In this document: piece after piece, positions 15,601-46,400 of the stretch
Position numbering within the stretch: the first letter of the stretch is position 1
Layout of the letters: every line of letters begins with the position of its first letter
Assembly (NCBI GenBank): GCA_002633005.1
Contig: NMRA01000192.1
Span: 471,140-535,139, forward strand
Direction: 5' to 3'
Source of the DNA: Phoronis australis
Taxonomy: Eukaryota; Animalia; Phoronida
DNA: 64,000 nt
The notes under the pieces: generated by a model
Seen by the model: the letters and a program-made list of their open reading frames with translations, nothing else
What the model was told of the DNA's origin: nothing
Database searches by the model: none
Made by a program: the position numbers and the translations under genes

Positions 15601-18600
15601 ATGTGATTATATATACACATATACATATATACATAGTTAAAGGTACATATACATACATATGTATATATGTAACATGTAAATCATGAACTGGCGTTGAATA
15701 AAAGATCACAAACATTTTAAGTCTGGTCTGCACGCCACCTGTTCTTAGGTCACAGGTGGTGTGACCAACAGGTGGCGTGCAGACTACAAGACTGTTTGTG
15801 AGTTATGTGACTTTATAATTTATTTCAGTCAGTTAGGAGGCAAAGGTGCCATAAATATGCCTTTTGTCAAAAACTAACTTCAAAATTTAGACAATTTGCC
15901 ATAAAGCTCCCTGTAGCAAAACTCAACAATTTGGACACAATATGGTGGACACAATGCCAAAATGTCATATAGCCCTAGTAGCAATGCCTGGGGGCAGGTT
16001 GGCAGTGTTGACAGGAACCAGTTTCACTGAATAATGGACATAACTGATATTTAGAGAAACTGGTTCCCGGCAGCCATTTTGAAGAGGGATTCGTCTATCA
16101 AACTTCCACCAATTTGGTGTGGCTGTCCAAAACTTATGAAAAAGTTGAGCTTTTAAAATATTTTTCACACCGATGTAAAAATTATCACTACTTCTAGAAA
16201 AACTTCTTACACATGTTGAGCTGGCGTATAAAGCTGGACATGTTGCCATGTTTGAAGTAGAGAGGAAGAATATCCTTCGAAAATCTCGCTTGATCGTACA
16301 CATGGAAGCTTTTGCCACTCTGAAAAGAAATGAAACATGAAATGAAGGATGTGATACCAAAATAACGAGGAGCATTACCTAAGTGAATTACATTAGACAA
16401 AAAACGCCCCTGTTGCTGAAATACTTAGTATTAAAGAAGCACAGATATTTCAGCACTCAAAATTAAAGACTGACGTTGAAAAAATTGCAGATAATCCTGA
16501 AACACCCAAGAAGCTTGAAAATGACGTGACAGATAGGATAGATCGTATCATCTTGAGATGTGACTTGTCTGACTAGGTGGAGGAAGTAATCGGGTTAGGT
16601 AGCAGGAGCTGGATTCTGTTAGATTTGTCCCAGTAACCGATACAGCCTTGGTGTGTACTGAAGTTGCCTCAAGTGCTGTGAGCATCCATATTTGCAAACA
16701 CAGATGACTAATAGGGTAAGGTCACGCTAAGGGGTACAATCACAGTGATGTCAAAAACATGATAATTTATGCCCGTTTCTGTGGTTATTAAGCGGTGAAA
16801 ACAGTTTTATTATAAAGTTAATATGTTGAAGAGATAACAGAGATAGTTTCATGTGGTAATCNATACAGTAATTTAGCTACAACTAACCACTAGTTTTTTC
16901 CTACTAGCTTGAATTTGAATTTCAAGCACTGATGTCACACTTTTGTGCCCCTTAGCGTGACCATGCCTAATAGCAAAGTCAGGAATGTGGGAAATGGCTG
17001 AGCAGGGAAAAGTCCGAAGCCACAGACAAAATACTCTGTGCCGTTGGAAAATTCGTAATCAGTCTTCAAGACGAGTTTGTTATATGATGACAAGAAAATA
17101 AAAAACAAAACAAGACAATGGGTCAAAGAAAATTCACAACCTGCGGAATGACTCGTAGAAAAATGAATTTCCAAAGAGCATCGAGTTACTGCCCAGCCAG
17201 TCCAGAACTACCTTCTTGGATTGGCCACCACCAGTAAAATTGGAAAAATTAGACAGTTTGATGTAAGATGCGACTGAGGAAGAGACTTTGGCTTATGATT
17301 ATCAAGGATGTGGGATTATAAACTAAAAAACGGAGCATTTGGTCGCTGAAGATTAATGCTTGTTAGTTCAGTGGGTTAGAACAATACAGCAGCTGGACCA
17401 GAAATATTCTTGGACAGTGTGCTGAATCTTGTGGCAGCACTATCATATCAGCTCAGCTGCATGCTCAGGAAAGTACATGTACACAGTTTTTTTTTTGACC
17501 ACAAGATGTAGTGGTATGGCCAGAGTACTTTTAAGTTTGGCCTCTGTTAGTATAATTGTTTTCATTCATTTGATCTGAATTATGTTTCCACGTATTATTT
17601 CATGTGGATGTATAAAAATGCCATTTGATTCACTGATCGATGTTAGGCAAGATCTCTTCACAAATAACCTATCGCCAGGACTTTGAGTGACGGCTTAACT
17701 GACCAATCAGAATACATTATTCTTGACACACCTTCGTTTTCAAGCCGCTATTTTACCCGACAGGACTTAACTGAAGCTGGTGCAGTAATAGTCGAGAATA
17801 CATGACCCAGGAATCGAACCAGCGACTCCCATAAAACCGATGAGCTAACCATTAAGCTAATAGGCAACTGCGAGTAGTTTACCGAAAGCACATCTACAAC
17901 ATTCCCCCCTTTCCTACGGAACAGGCACGCCACCAGGAAGGTGAACACAAGGATGTTTCGCAAACAGGTCATCAACATCCCTTGGTACCTTTACCATCAC
18001 AATAACACAGGTGAGCACAACGTTGTCTCTCATACACTAGTCATACAGGTCCTCGACTCCTGGAACTTTTACCATATCACCTTCATGTGCGCCGTCTGAG
18101 GTACGTGGGTACTAGTTTCATACGTAGATCATCCATTTACCGACTACACCATTAACCAACCCGGGAATTGAACCAGCAACCCCATAAAACCGGTGAGCGT
18201 GCCAACCATTCAACTAATAGGCAATTGCTCGTTAGTGTCGGTAGCTAACAGAGGCTCATATGATTCTCCAGAAGCACATCTACAACACTGGTTTCGTTTT
18301 ACATCAGTCGTAAAGCTTGGAGGCACACAGTAAGTATACTCTGATATACCTAATTAGTGAACCTGAGAAATAACATAATATTTTATACCCCTGCCACTGG
18401 TACTGGTGGGGTAGGTCGGCAAAAATCAAATCCAATACACTGAATACAGTATCAGCGGCCTTTAGATTAGAAAGTTTACCTGGCCAAAACTAATAAAAAG
18501 CTGGATGAATTATTATTCAACATTTTACCAAAGCTAGACCAGGGCAAGAGTCAAAGAGATCTCACATTCAAGAAAACAAACAAGTCTACAGTTGTCAAAA

Positions 18601-18781
18601 TTTCCAGAATGGAACAATTCAGTTGTTTTTTTTTTCCGAATGTCGAATTCGGTCATTGCTGGGAAAAACTTACTGGGTCCCAACAGATGAGATCATCTAC
18701 CGCACTTTCCTCAACCAAGGACCAGAGTTTTGTTAGAAACGCGGGCACTGAACTAAGTTCGTTGTCTTCTAAGCGATTCAT
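3635..18781 (-). CDS. HSF1: Heat shock transcription factor 1, 12 coding exons, ~450 aa
   Basis: Exons in transcript order: 18674-18781, 16211-16319, 15445-15572, 14902-15032, 14180-14255, 11454-11588, 10501-10659, 9351-9466, 7095-7203, 6210-6251, 5672-5717, 3635-3828. All are GT-AG, phases are consistent and the total is 1353 nt. HSF DNA-binding domain: VPAFLTKLW...[42 protein letters not shown]...[25 protein letters not shown]: [30 protein letters not shown]. Also SGPIIEEV, an HR-C-like [19 protein letters not shown] and C-terminal GNELVEY. Boundaries of exons 7-8 in the low-complexity region are less certain. Confidence 0.95.
12890..13190 (+). repeat. Old ~300-bp dispersed repeat, 4 copies in the window
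   Basis: Core ggccttttgaaattgacat..aaggtcagtgaaagcagttctttgtgaaccctg also occurs at ~30060-30340 (inverted), ~39470-39550 and ~50488-51065. Confidence 0.7.
13261..13758. mobile_element. MITE with CAGGGCTTGGAAT TIRs and 6-bp TSD (hAT-like)
   Basis: CAGGGCTTGGAAT...ATTCCAAGCCTTG flanked by TGAGAT at 13255-13260 and 13759-13764. Confidence 0.8.
15700..15800. repeat. Palindromic repeat (GTCTGCACGCCACCTGTT / AACAGGTGGCGTGCAGAC); one arm also occurs at ~4508-4548
   Basis: 18-bp inverted arms and a dispersed homolog. Confidence 0.6.
17800..18290 (-). repeat. Two related tRNA-like (SINE-head) units in HSF1 intron 1
   Basis: On the - strand, A box TAGCTTAATGG and B box GGTTCGATTCC at ~17805-17865. 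A second copy (TAGTTGAATGG...GGTTCAATTCC) lies at ~18160-18225. Both share upstream tgttgtagatgtgct. No intact cloverleaf. Confidence 0.55.
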
Positions 18782-19216
18782 AGCCGTTAATATAATAATC
18801 ACTTTCTCGAAGATTTGCAACTCATGCAGAACACCCCAAGAACACTACCATGATGACGTCAGGACAAGCATGCGCAAACAGTTGACCTAAAAATCAGGAT
18901 AAAAACAAACATTAACAAAGGCAGTTTAAATTTTGAAGCATGCATAGATATGATTAAACTGGTGTTGAGATAATTGCTGACTAAAATGAGACAAACTGAA
19001 AAGTAATATACAATCATTGGTAGATAATATGCTAAAAGGATTCGTCAAGAAACAACGGAATTGGGTTTTTGATAATCGTCGCTAGAGGCCGCGCAATAAC
19101 TCTTTCGTATTGGAAACTCAAAACAGTACGTCGGCATATCTGTTCAACATGTTCGATGATTCTCCATCTCTACAGCTTGCTTATTGAGTCGAAGCGTGAT
19201 AGCTGATTATTAAGGG
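18782..19216. promoter_or_regulatory. Putative bidirectional promoter shared by HSF1 and RARS2
   Basis: Divergent ATGs at 18781 (-) and 19217 (+), 435 bp apart. Contains a perfect CRE TGACGTCA (18854-18861), an NRF1-like GCATGCGCA (18868-18876) and an imperfect HSE tTTCtcGAAgaTTTg (18803-18817). Confidence 0.7.
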
Positions 19217-37205
<17,989 letters not shown>

Positions 37206-37371
37206 CTGGAGCTGTAGACCTCTTATGACAGGGATTTAGACTGTGCAATCAGAGTTAGATTCGGAACCGCTGCAGTTTTGAGAGGACTTGTATCAGTTGT
37301 AAAGTGGCCACAGCAGGCAATGTTTTCTGGACAAAGTGTATTGTTCTACATTTGCTGTAATCTGATCAGGA

Positions 37372-37377
37372 AATAAA
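37372..37377 (+). terminator. Polyadenylation signal AATAAA for RARS2
   Basis: First AATAAA after the RARS2 stop (37205), ~170 nt downstream. Confidence 0.55.
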
Positions 37378-37401
37378 TAACAGTAACCAATAACAGGAGA
37401 T

Positions 37402-40400
37402 TTACGAGTGAATTGCTGCAAAGATGGCCTCTGTGTCAGTCTGTCTTTTCTTCCTCTTTCCTTTCATGATACCCAGCTTTTCGGCCAATGCAGAAATGCA
37501 TGCTTTCACTTCGGCTTGCATAAGGTCCATGCACATAGCAATGAGGGCTATACCCAAGAAGACATAAGCTGCACACACTGCGGATATGACGTCATTGTCC
37601 TTATTGAAACCAGGTACAAGATCCCCCAGTCCTATGGTGGTGAGTGTAACAAATGTGAAGTAGAAAGACTCTACGAAACTCCAGTTCTCCCATAGAGTGA
37701 AAATCATTGCGCCCAGTAAGATGTACGTAAGCATTACCAAGACCGTAAGCGATATCGGAACTGACATGTAACGAAATTTGTTTTTCCACGTGACGTATTC
37801 ATTCCGCAGTTCCACCAACGACATCCTGTTGTTGTCAGTCTCGTTTTGTCCAACACCCAGTCCCGCCAGGTTTAAGAGTAAGCTCCGAGAGTCTTGCCCT
37901 TGAAGATTGGCAATGCCTTTTTCACTTGCCGTAGACGTCGGGGATACTTTTGTAACAGCACTGTTGTTCCTGTTCTTGCCCGCTTGACGATTGGAAGATG
38001 AGCGTTTCTGCCGTGAGGTTGGCAATTTCTTTTTTATCCTACTCCTGGACTTGTGCCTATTACTGCTATTTTTATGCGACTTTTTACTGAGGTGTCTCGT
38101 TAATTTTGATTCACCCGTGGAGATTTTCGATTTTTGTCGCAGCGCTCTTACTGATTTGTTACTTTGCAGTCTAGATCTTTTACTTGTTGCTGCACTTGGC
38201 GCTGCGGTAGCTCTACGACTGGACGTTGTGCGTCTAGTTGAAGAGGGGTTGTATGTGGTCGTGCCACTAGTTCTCTTTTCCGCCGATAGGTCGCTCGTGC
38301 TTCCACTGTTCTCACACTTACGGCAGCTTGTCGCACAGCAGGCGTTGCAGCAAAGCCGGTGGTAGACAACTCGAAAGAGATTTGCCATAAAACTGCCCGT
38401 GGTCGCGAAGTAGAGCAGAACCAGTGGGATACCAAACATGGCATACACTATAGTAGCCCCCTGCCCGAACGACGTTTTGGGCACGACATGTCCATACCCT
38501 GAAATTAAAATGGGTATTTTGGTTCATCTATGACCTTCAGTTCCCTTTAGTCGAACAATACTTATTACACAAAGGCGGATCTACAGGGGGGGTTCAGGGG
38601 GTTTAAACCCCCCCTGTGGACAGGATCAAAAATAAAAACTGGAAAAAAATCGCCAGAAAAACGAAATTAGCTACTAAAAATCCAAAAAAATCTTACACGG
38701 GAGGAGGGAAACCCTCTCGCGGCCTTCCTTCTCCTCTAGGATTCTTTCGAATCCTAAACCCCCCCANNNNNNNNNNNNNNNNNNNNNNNNNNNNNNNNNN
38801 NNNNNNNNNNNNNNNNNNNNNNNNNNNNNNNNNNNNNNNNNNNNNNNNNNNNNNNNNNNNNNNNNNNNNNNNNNNNNNNNNNNNNNNNNNNNNNNNNNNN
38901 NNNNNNNNNNNNNNNNNNNNNNNNNNNNNNNNNNNNNNNNNNNNNNNNNNNNNNNNNNNNNNNNNNNNNNNNNNNNNNNNNNNNNNNNNNNNNNNNNNNN
39001 NNNNNNNNNNNNNNNNNNNNNNNNNNNNNNNNNNNNNNNNNNNNNNNNNNNNNNNNNNNNNNNNNNNNNNNNNNNNNNNNNNNNNNNNNNNNNNNNNNNN
39101 NNNNNNNNNNNNNNNNNNNNNNNNNNNNNNNNNNNNNNNNNNNNNNNNNNNNNNNNNNNNNNNNNNNNNNNNNNNNNNNNNNNNNNNNNNCACCCCCCCC
39201 CCCCCCGGGTACATTATGACTCTTCAAACCATACTAAGCTTCTAAGGACCTACAACTTGCTAGAATCGCGCGCTTGAATGCTCAGTTATTGAACCAAAAC
39301 CGATCGCAATCAGAGACTGATTTCAAGGGTGTGTAAGAGGAGCAAATGTTCCGGTTGTCATGGAGACGCTCGTTTTGAGCTTGAAGGGACTCTGACAACT
39401 TTCCCACATTGTGCCTTAGAATTTTGCGGATGGTTCGTAAACCATGTCATTGTCGGTCGCACAATACCTTGGTCTTTTAAAACTGACACGCAGTGAAAGC
39501 AGTTCTTTGTGAACCCTTTTTACATGTAGGCATGCATCTGTCCAGCTTCTACTATGGCAGTGATGGATTTAGAGGGGGCCAAGTCCTCCCCTAAAATTAC
39601 AGATTACACTTTTGCAAGTTCGGGGATGCGAATGTCTGCCGAGTAAAATCCTGCCCTGGCCTCCCCTAATTCAAAATCATGTGTACTATAATTCCTTAAA
39701 ACAACTCATCAGTTCCGCTAGACATGCCATTTGATGTTGTGCCTGGCCGACCTTTCTCTACTGCGCCCTTCCATTTACTCTGGGGTTCAGTGGCAGATCT
39801 AGGATACCATAAGGGGGGCTCAACAAGTTGCCTCGGAGAATTGGGCACTCAAAGCGCGATTGCACGCACAGGCGGCCCGAAGTTGCGGCCGGGGGCTAAC
39901 GATGTGGACCCAAATTCTATCGGANCGCTGCTGCTGTTTAATTTTCCTTGCACCAGCCAACTTGGCTTGAAAAAGCGAGACTTCGAGAAATTACATGCAA
40001 TATTGCCTTGTATTTGGCTAGATTTTAGCGAGGTCCTAGAGTAGATCTTAACCTACTGAGCTACACCCGGACTTGGTCGTAGCGCCCTCATATGATCGAA
40101 ATCATTAACAGCTTCACGGTTCACGGCCTGGCAATGCGATTTTCGTTTTAATCGGAAAACAAAACAGCTAGGCGAAGTACAGGTTTCAGTTTGCCCTGTA
40201 CCCGTCGCAGGTCCTTGGCCAAATTGAAATTTGGCAAATGGTTGTCCGACGGAGATGACGGCTAGGTGCTTTCCTTTTTTCTGGAGAATTTGTCGTATTC
40301 TGTTTCTGCGTCATCTAGGGTCCATTTTTATCATGATTATTTTGAGTCGTCTTTTGGCATCGGCGTTTTTACGTTGCTCCCAGATTGTTCAATTCTATTG

Positions 40401-43400
40401 CCCAGCGAAAAGTTGGGAAGCTTACTCCTGTATCCAATATCTTACACGACTGATTAACTTGAGTCTGGCGTTCAGGGTGGGAGCGCCAGCTCTCTTTTGT
40501 GCGATAATTGCTCTAATCTCCAATAAGATTGTATCTACCCTGACTGGGCTGTCGGCTGTTAAAATAAAAGTTAAGTTACAATACATTTGAACATAATCCA
40601 TTAGCATTTCTGAAATGTTCGTCAAATGGTGATCATGTTTAGTTTTGGAATCGCTAAAATCGCCCAACTGCAACCGAAGTTACAACAATATATTCTTTCC
40701 GAATCCTGCATTTCTGTCTACCATACCACGTTATGATCATTGTGAAATTTGGCCGATGTTTTCCTATCTGCACAAGACGAGAGCACGACTGACATTGATT
40801 TTTGGACGGCTCCAACTACTGTAGTGCCGCATGTGATGTTTTGTGTCTGTAATTTTACCTCCTAAATTCCTTGCAGGATTTTTGAAATTTGGCAAGTGTA
40901 TTTGAGAGCGCTAATAGATGACACTATTCGGCTTTCGTGGTTCCGGCTACCGCAGCGTCTCCTAGTGGCAATTTTATTGGCATAGCTCTTGCACGGCTCA
41001 GAGTTCCTCATTTTGGCAGATTTTCATGAAATTTGGCAAACAGGTTTCTACCAAGGAGACAACTAAACCTTCCCATTTCGAGACCGTTCGTCGTGCTCTG
41101 TGCCATCTTGTGGCTATTTTTTTTTCTGAACAAAGGGTCTGTACCGTCGTCTTGCATGATGGACGCATTCCAACGCTCTGCATTGCTCTAGTTTATTGCT
41201 CGAGTAGTTAAAGGACTGAGTGAAGCTTTTTGGTGGCGGGCCTGTTGAACTTTTGACTTACCTATCGTTGTTATGATTGTGACTGCGTACAATAAAGCGT
41301 TGATGAAATCCCACTTATTTTTAGTCGCTTGTCCTGGGAATGTGCCGTCCCAACCATTTACAGTCTTCTTGTATGAACCTTTCTGAAGAAGAAGTACCAG
41401 GGGACTTATTTCACTACTGTAACCTGCAATCAAAACAATTGTTCTACTAAGCCAGCCGACAACGGAACACCGTCTTGGATAGCAATCCTGGAACAAATAC
41501 GTGCCCGGCTATTCCTGTTTCAGTATAGAAACCAAAACTGGAAGGCCTAGGAATAATGTAATAGTGCTTTCTCAGAGTCGGCTGTGTGCCTGCATGAGGT
41601 CTGCGAATCATGCTACGGTCAGTTTTGAGTGAAACGATGAATTTAATGCTTTAAAGCCCACGAATTATAAAAGCTGGGGAAATAATAAGGACCTATGAAT
41701 TGCTTATCAACGTCCTTGTAGAGGAAATTATAAGAAACAGTAAATGTTTAAAACAATCCCATTGTTTAGTTGTTTAGCTTGTTGGACGTCATCATGGGAC
41801 ACTGATCTTTAAAGTCCTTAAAGGCGAAGGCAACCTTTTTCATGTCTTTTTTAGCAAAAATAAGGTTCCATGCTATGAACATTCCCACTAAATAAAATTG
41901 GTTCTAACCCCGGTGTTTAAAGTAAACGGCGGGGTATGGAAAATTGAACTAGACCGTATTTATCCACCTTGGCTGAGACGCGCTCGGCTCATGCTCAAAG
42001 GGATGCCGCCAAGCTGCTCTATTCATCGAGTCACGAGCGAGGATAATTGACTTCGCTCATGCGGATATGATCAGCTGATTACAGTCTAGCCTAACAACTG
42101 TACTTTTTATGGAGAGAATTTTACGTAGTTTTTACTGTAATATTTGAAAAGAGGAGCGAAAACAAATANTCATTAACAGCTTCACGGTTCACGGCCTGGC
42201 AATGCGATTTTCGTTTTAATCGGAAAACAAAACAGCTAGGCGAAGTACAGGTTTCAGTTTGCCCTGTACCCGTCGCAGGTCCTTGGCCAAATTGAAATTT
42301 GGCAAATGGTTGTCCGACGGAGATGACGGCTAGGTGCTTTCCTTTTTTCTGGAGAATTTGTCGTATTCTGTTTCTGCGTCATCTAAGGTCCATTTTTATC
42401 ATGATTATTTTGAGTCGTCTTTTGGCATCGGCGTTTTTACGTTGCTCCCAGATTGTTCAATTCTATTGCCCAGCAAAAAGTTGGGAAGCTTACCCCTGTA
42501 TCCAATATCTTACACGACTGATTAACTTGAGTCTGGCGTTCAGGGTGGGAGCGCCAGCTCTCTTTTGTGCGATAATTGCTCTAATCTCCAATAAGATTGT
42601 ATCTACCCTGACTGGGCTGTCGGCTGTTAAAATAAAAGTTAAGTTACAATACATTTGAACATAATCCATTAGCATTTCTGAAATGTTCGTCAAATGGTGA
42701 TCATGTTTAGTTTTGGAATCGCTAAAATCGCCCAACTGCAACCGAAGTTACAACAATATATTCTTTCCGAATCCTGCATTTCTGTCTACCATACCACGTT
42801 ATGATCATTGTGAAATTTGGCCGATGTTTTCCTATCTGCACAAGACGAGAGCACGACTGACATTGATTTTTGGACGGCTCCAACTACTGTAGTGCCGCAT
42901 GTGATGTTTTGTGTCTGTAATTTTACCTCCTAAATTCCTTGCAGGATTTTTGAAATTTGGCAAGTGTATTTGAGAGCGCTAATAGATGACACTATTCGGC
43001 TTTCGTGGTTCCGGCTACCGCAGCGTCTCCTAGTGGCAATTTTATTGGCATAGCTCTTGCACGGCTCAGAGTTCCTCATTTTGGCAGATTTTCATGAAAT
43101 TTGGCAAACAGGTTTCTACCAAGGAGACAACTAAACCTTCCCATTTCGAGACCGTTCGTCGTGCTCTGTGCCATCTTGTGGCTATTTTTTTTTCTGAACA
43201 AAGGGTCTGTACCGTCGTCTTGCATGATGGACGCATTCCAACGCTCTGCATTGCTCTAGTTTATTGCTCGAGTAGTTAAAGGACTGAGTGAAGCTTTTTG
43301 GTGGCGGGCCTGTTGAACTTTTGACTTACCTATCGTTGTTATGATTGTGACTGCGTACAATAAAGCGTTGATGAAATCCCACTTATTTTTAGTCGCTTGT

Positions 43401-46400
43401 CCTGGGAATGTGCCGTCCCAACCATTTACAGTCTTCTTGTATGAACCTTTCTGAAGAAGAAGTACCAGGGGACTTATTTCACTACTGTAACCTGCAATCA
43501 AAACAATTGTTCTACTAAGCCAGCCGACAACGGAACACCGTCTTGGATAGCAATCCTGGAACAAATACGTGCCCGGCTATTCCTGTTTCAGTATAGAAAC
43601 CAAAACTGGAAGGCCTAGGAATAATGTAATAGTGCTTTCTCAGAGTCGGCTGTGTGCCTGCATGAGGTCTGCGAATCATGCTACGGTCAGTTTTGAGTGA
43701 AACGATGAATTTAATGCTTTAAAGCCCACGAATTATAAAAGCTGGGGAAATAATAAGGACCTATGAATTGCTTATCAACGTCCTTGTAGAGGAAATTATA
43801 AGAAACAGTAAATGTTTAAAACAATCCCATTGTTTAGTTGTTTAGCTTGTTGGACGTCATCATGGGACACTGATCTTTAAAGTCCTTAAAGGCGAAGGCA
43901 ACCTTTTTCATGTCTTTTTTAGCAAAAATAAGGTTCGTTGGTTTTCCCAGACACATTTTCCCCTTAAATACAGTTTTTCGTAAATTAATTAATTATTCGG
44001 TGTCTACTCCGGATGTGACGTTTTGGGAAGCTAGAATTTCCCGCCTATTTCTTTTTGTATAGTCTGACTGTGATAGCTGTCGAGTCAGTCAATGTTCTAT
44101 CTCGGTTTTGATAAGTTCGGTCATCGTGTGATTTTGTTTACGAGTCAGTCAACATGCCACACTGTTGTTGCGTACCGGGATGTACTCATTATTGTCTTAC
44201 GGACAGAGGAACAACTGTCCCACTTGCCAGAGTGTCCCGCGACACACTCCCACTGATAGCGACCTGAGCACACAAACTGTTTACACCCCGCCGTGTGACT
44301 TCCACAATAAACTTATCAAAGTTTGGCTCACCGATCTGTTCATTGAACGACGAACTCATCCTCTTCACTGGATTTCGAGCGGCGCCTGTACATGTATTCA
44401 CTCCCACTACTCAACATCGCAGCAGGGCTGCTTACAGGCTTTGGGCCATAATGAGTACATCGATCCCGGTACGCAGCAGCAGTGTGTCATGTTGACTGAC
44501 TCGTACACCAAAGCAAACGACGACTGAACTTATGACAACCGAGGTAGATGAATGACTGACTCGACAACGCTCATATAGTTAGACTATTGGAAAAGAAATT
44601 GGCGCGAAATCCTTGCCTCGATCCCAAAACGTCACTTCCGGAGTAGAGAACGAATAATTAATCAAATTACCAAAAACTGTAATTAAGTGGAAAATATGTC
44701 TGGGATAATCATCGAACCTTATTTTTGCTAAAAATGACACGAAAAAAGGTTGCCTTCGCCTTTAAGTTATCCCAAAGGGCAATCTAGTTCGAAGCTGAAA
44801 AAATATAAAAAGTTAAGTAATACGTAACATGGCATAATGTTCACGTCCTTTCTGTTTTCAAACTAAAAGCCTTTTTGAGCACAATTTTGTACCTGGGCCG
44901 AGATCACTGAGAAAATCATCGACTATTTCCGTCTATTTCCGTGACCTGAGTTCCTGTGCATCAGTTCAGGAATGATTTCTAAATGACGGTCATGTTGTCC
45001 TTGAAAACGTATTGAAATCACCGTGAGCGTAAATCAGCATAACGCGAAATGATCGTGATAGAATCTCGGGGGTTACAGGGGCTATAAACTTGATACCCTT
45101 TTATTAGCGATTTCAATAGTTTATACCCATTCGGGCTGTAGGAGCATTAAACATGGTAATTGCGCCTGGTCTGGCAATGGAACTTAACGCCATCGAAGGT
45201 AATGTGTATAGGCCTGAAATCGCATGTTACCGGCCAAACAAAGGTTTGTGGTTTTCTCCGGAATTTCCACAGACCCGAAAATGAGGCTAGATTTTTCGGG
45301 TCGGTCTATTACGACCAAAACGCGATATGTGCTTTGTTAGTTTGGTTGGGTTTTTTTGATTCCCTCATTTTGTTTTTTTTATACAAACTTGATTATTCGT
45401 TGTCCAAATTTTTTTGCATATGTATAATCATAAGTTTATGAAGAACGTCGCAGCCGACAATCGGCTACTGATGTCAGGCCTGACCATGCTCAAATTTCAG
45501 CAAAAGTACCCGTAAATTAGAGGGAAAAAACTTCCTAGATCAGCAAATGTCGTCGTCATATGGTGAAACTGATGCAAAGTACTAGCCTGGAGTCACCAAT
45601 TGCAGTGAGACTACCCGTAGGCCTACGTGTGAGCGCACTGGGTGCGTACTAATTGGCAGCAAATCGGAACCGGCTTTACTGGCAGTTAAAATGTAAAATA
45701 GAAAAAAAACATCCTCACACGGCGATGGCGATGTTTCAATAAACAAACAAAAAAAGTTTTATCTCAAATGAGTGAGCTCCGCACAACAGTTACAAAAACG
45801 CACACCTGTGCTTGATTTTGCTGCCCGGAGACAGTAACTGCACCCAGGGGCGCATCCAGGATTTTGAGTAAGGGGGCCAGGGCAGAGTATTAGCCAGGAT
45901 ATTGCCCGTCAGGCGCACCCCTAACTGCCAAATGGACCTGGGAGAATTATAGGGGGACATGGCCTCCTCTAAATCTGCTTGTGGCACTTGCCGTGGCTCT
46001 TCGACAGGAAAATAATCTCTTGCTAAATTGAGTTTGGTTTTCAATTATTAGGGAAAATATATTTTAAAACATGTCAAAAATTTACACTACATACCTCTGT
46101 TGTCTAAATATAAAAATTCCACGACGCAAACGGGAGGTGTAGTGAACTGCAGTCAATGAGCTGAATGTCGGTGATGGGAAAATATCGAAGTGTTGGGAGC
46201 ATGACGCAGCAATTTTTAATCGCTTTGTCACCCGAATTTCACTCATTCAAGGCCCGGGTAGCTAATTAATGTGTTCACTAGCCCCGCGGAGCACAAATGT
46301 CCGAGCACGGCAGGCCAGGCGGTCCCGCTCCGCCAGATCAGCAGACTTATACGAATGTTTCTGTGTGAGTGGGATTACTTCTTTCAGTTTATACCATTTG

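Noticed and set aside
17805-17865. Functional tRNA gene
   Set aside because: A and B boxes are present, but the acceptor and anticodon stems do not pair.
38616-39245. ORFs spanning X runs
   Set aside because: They stay open only because of assembly gap 38767-39190.
40231-41211. Cluster of 60-119 aa ORFs, repeated at 42299-43279
   Set aside because: No recognisable domains; intronic repeat-derived sequence duplicated with the block.
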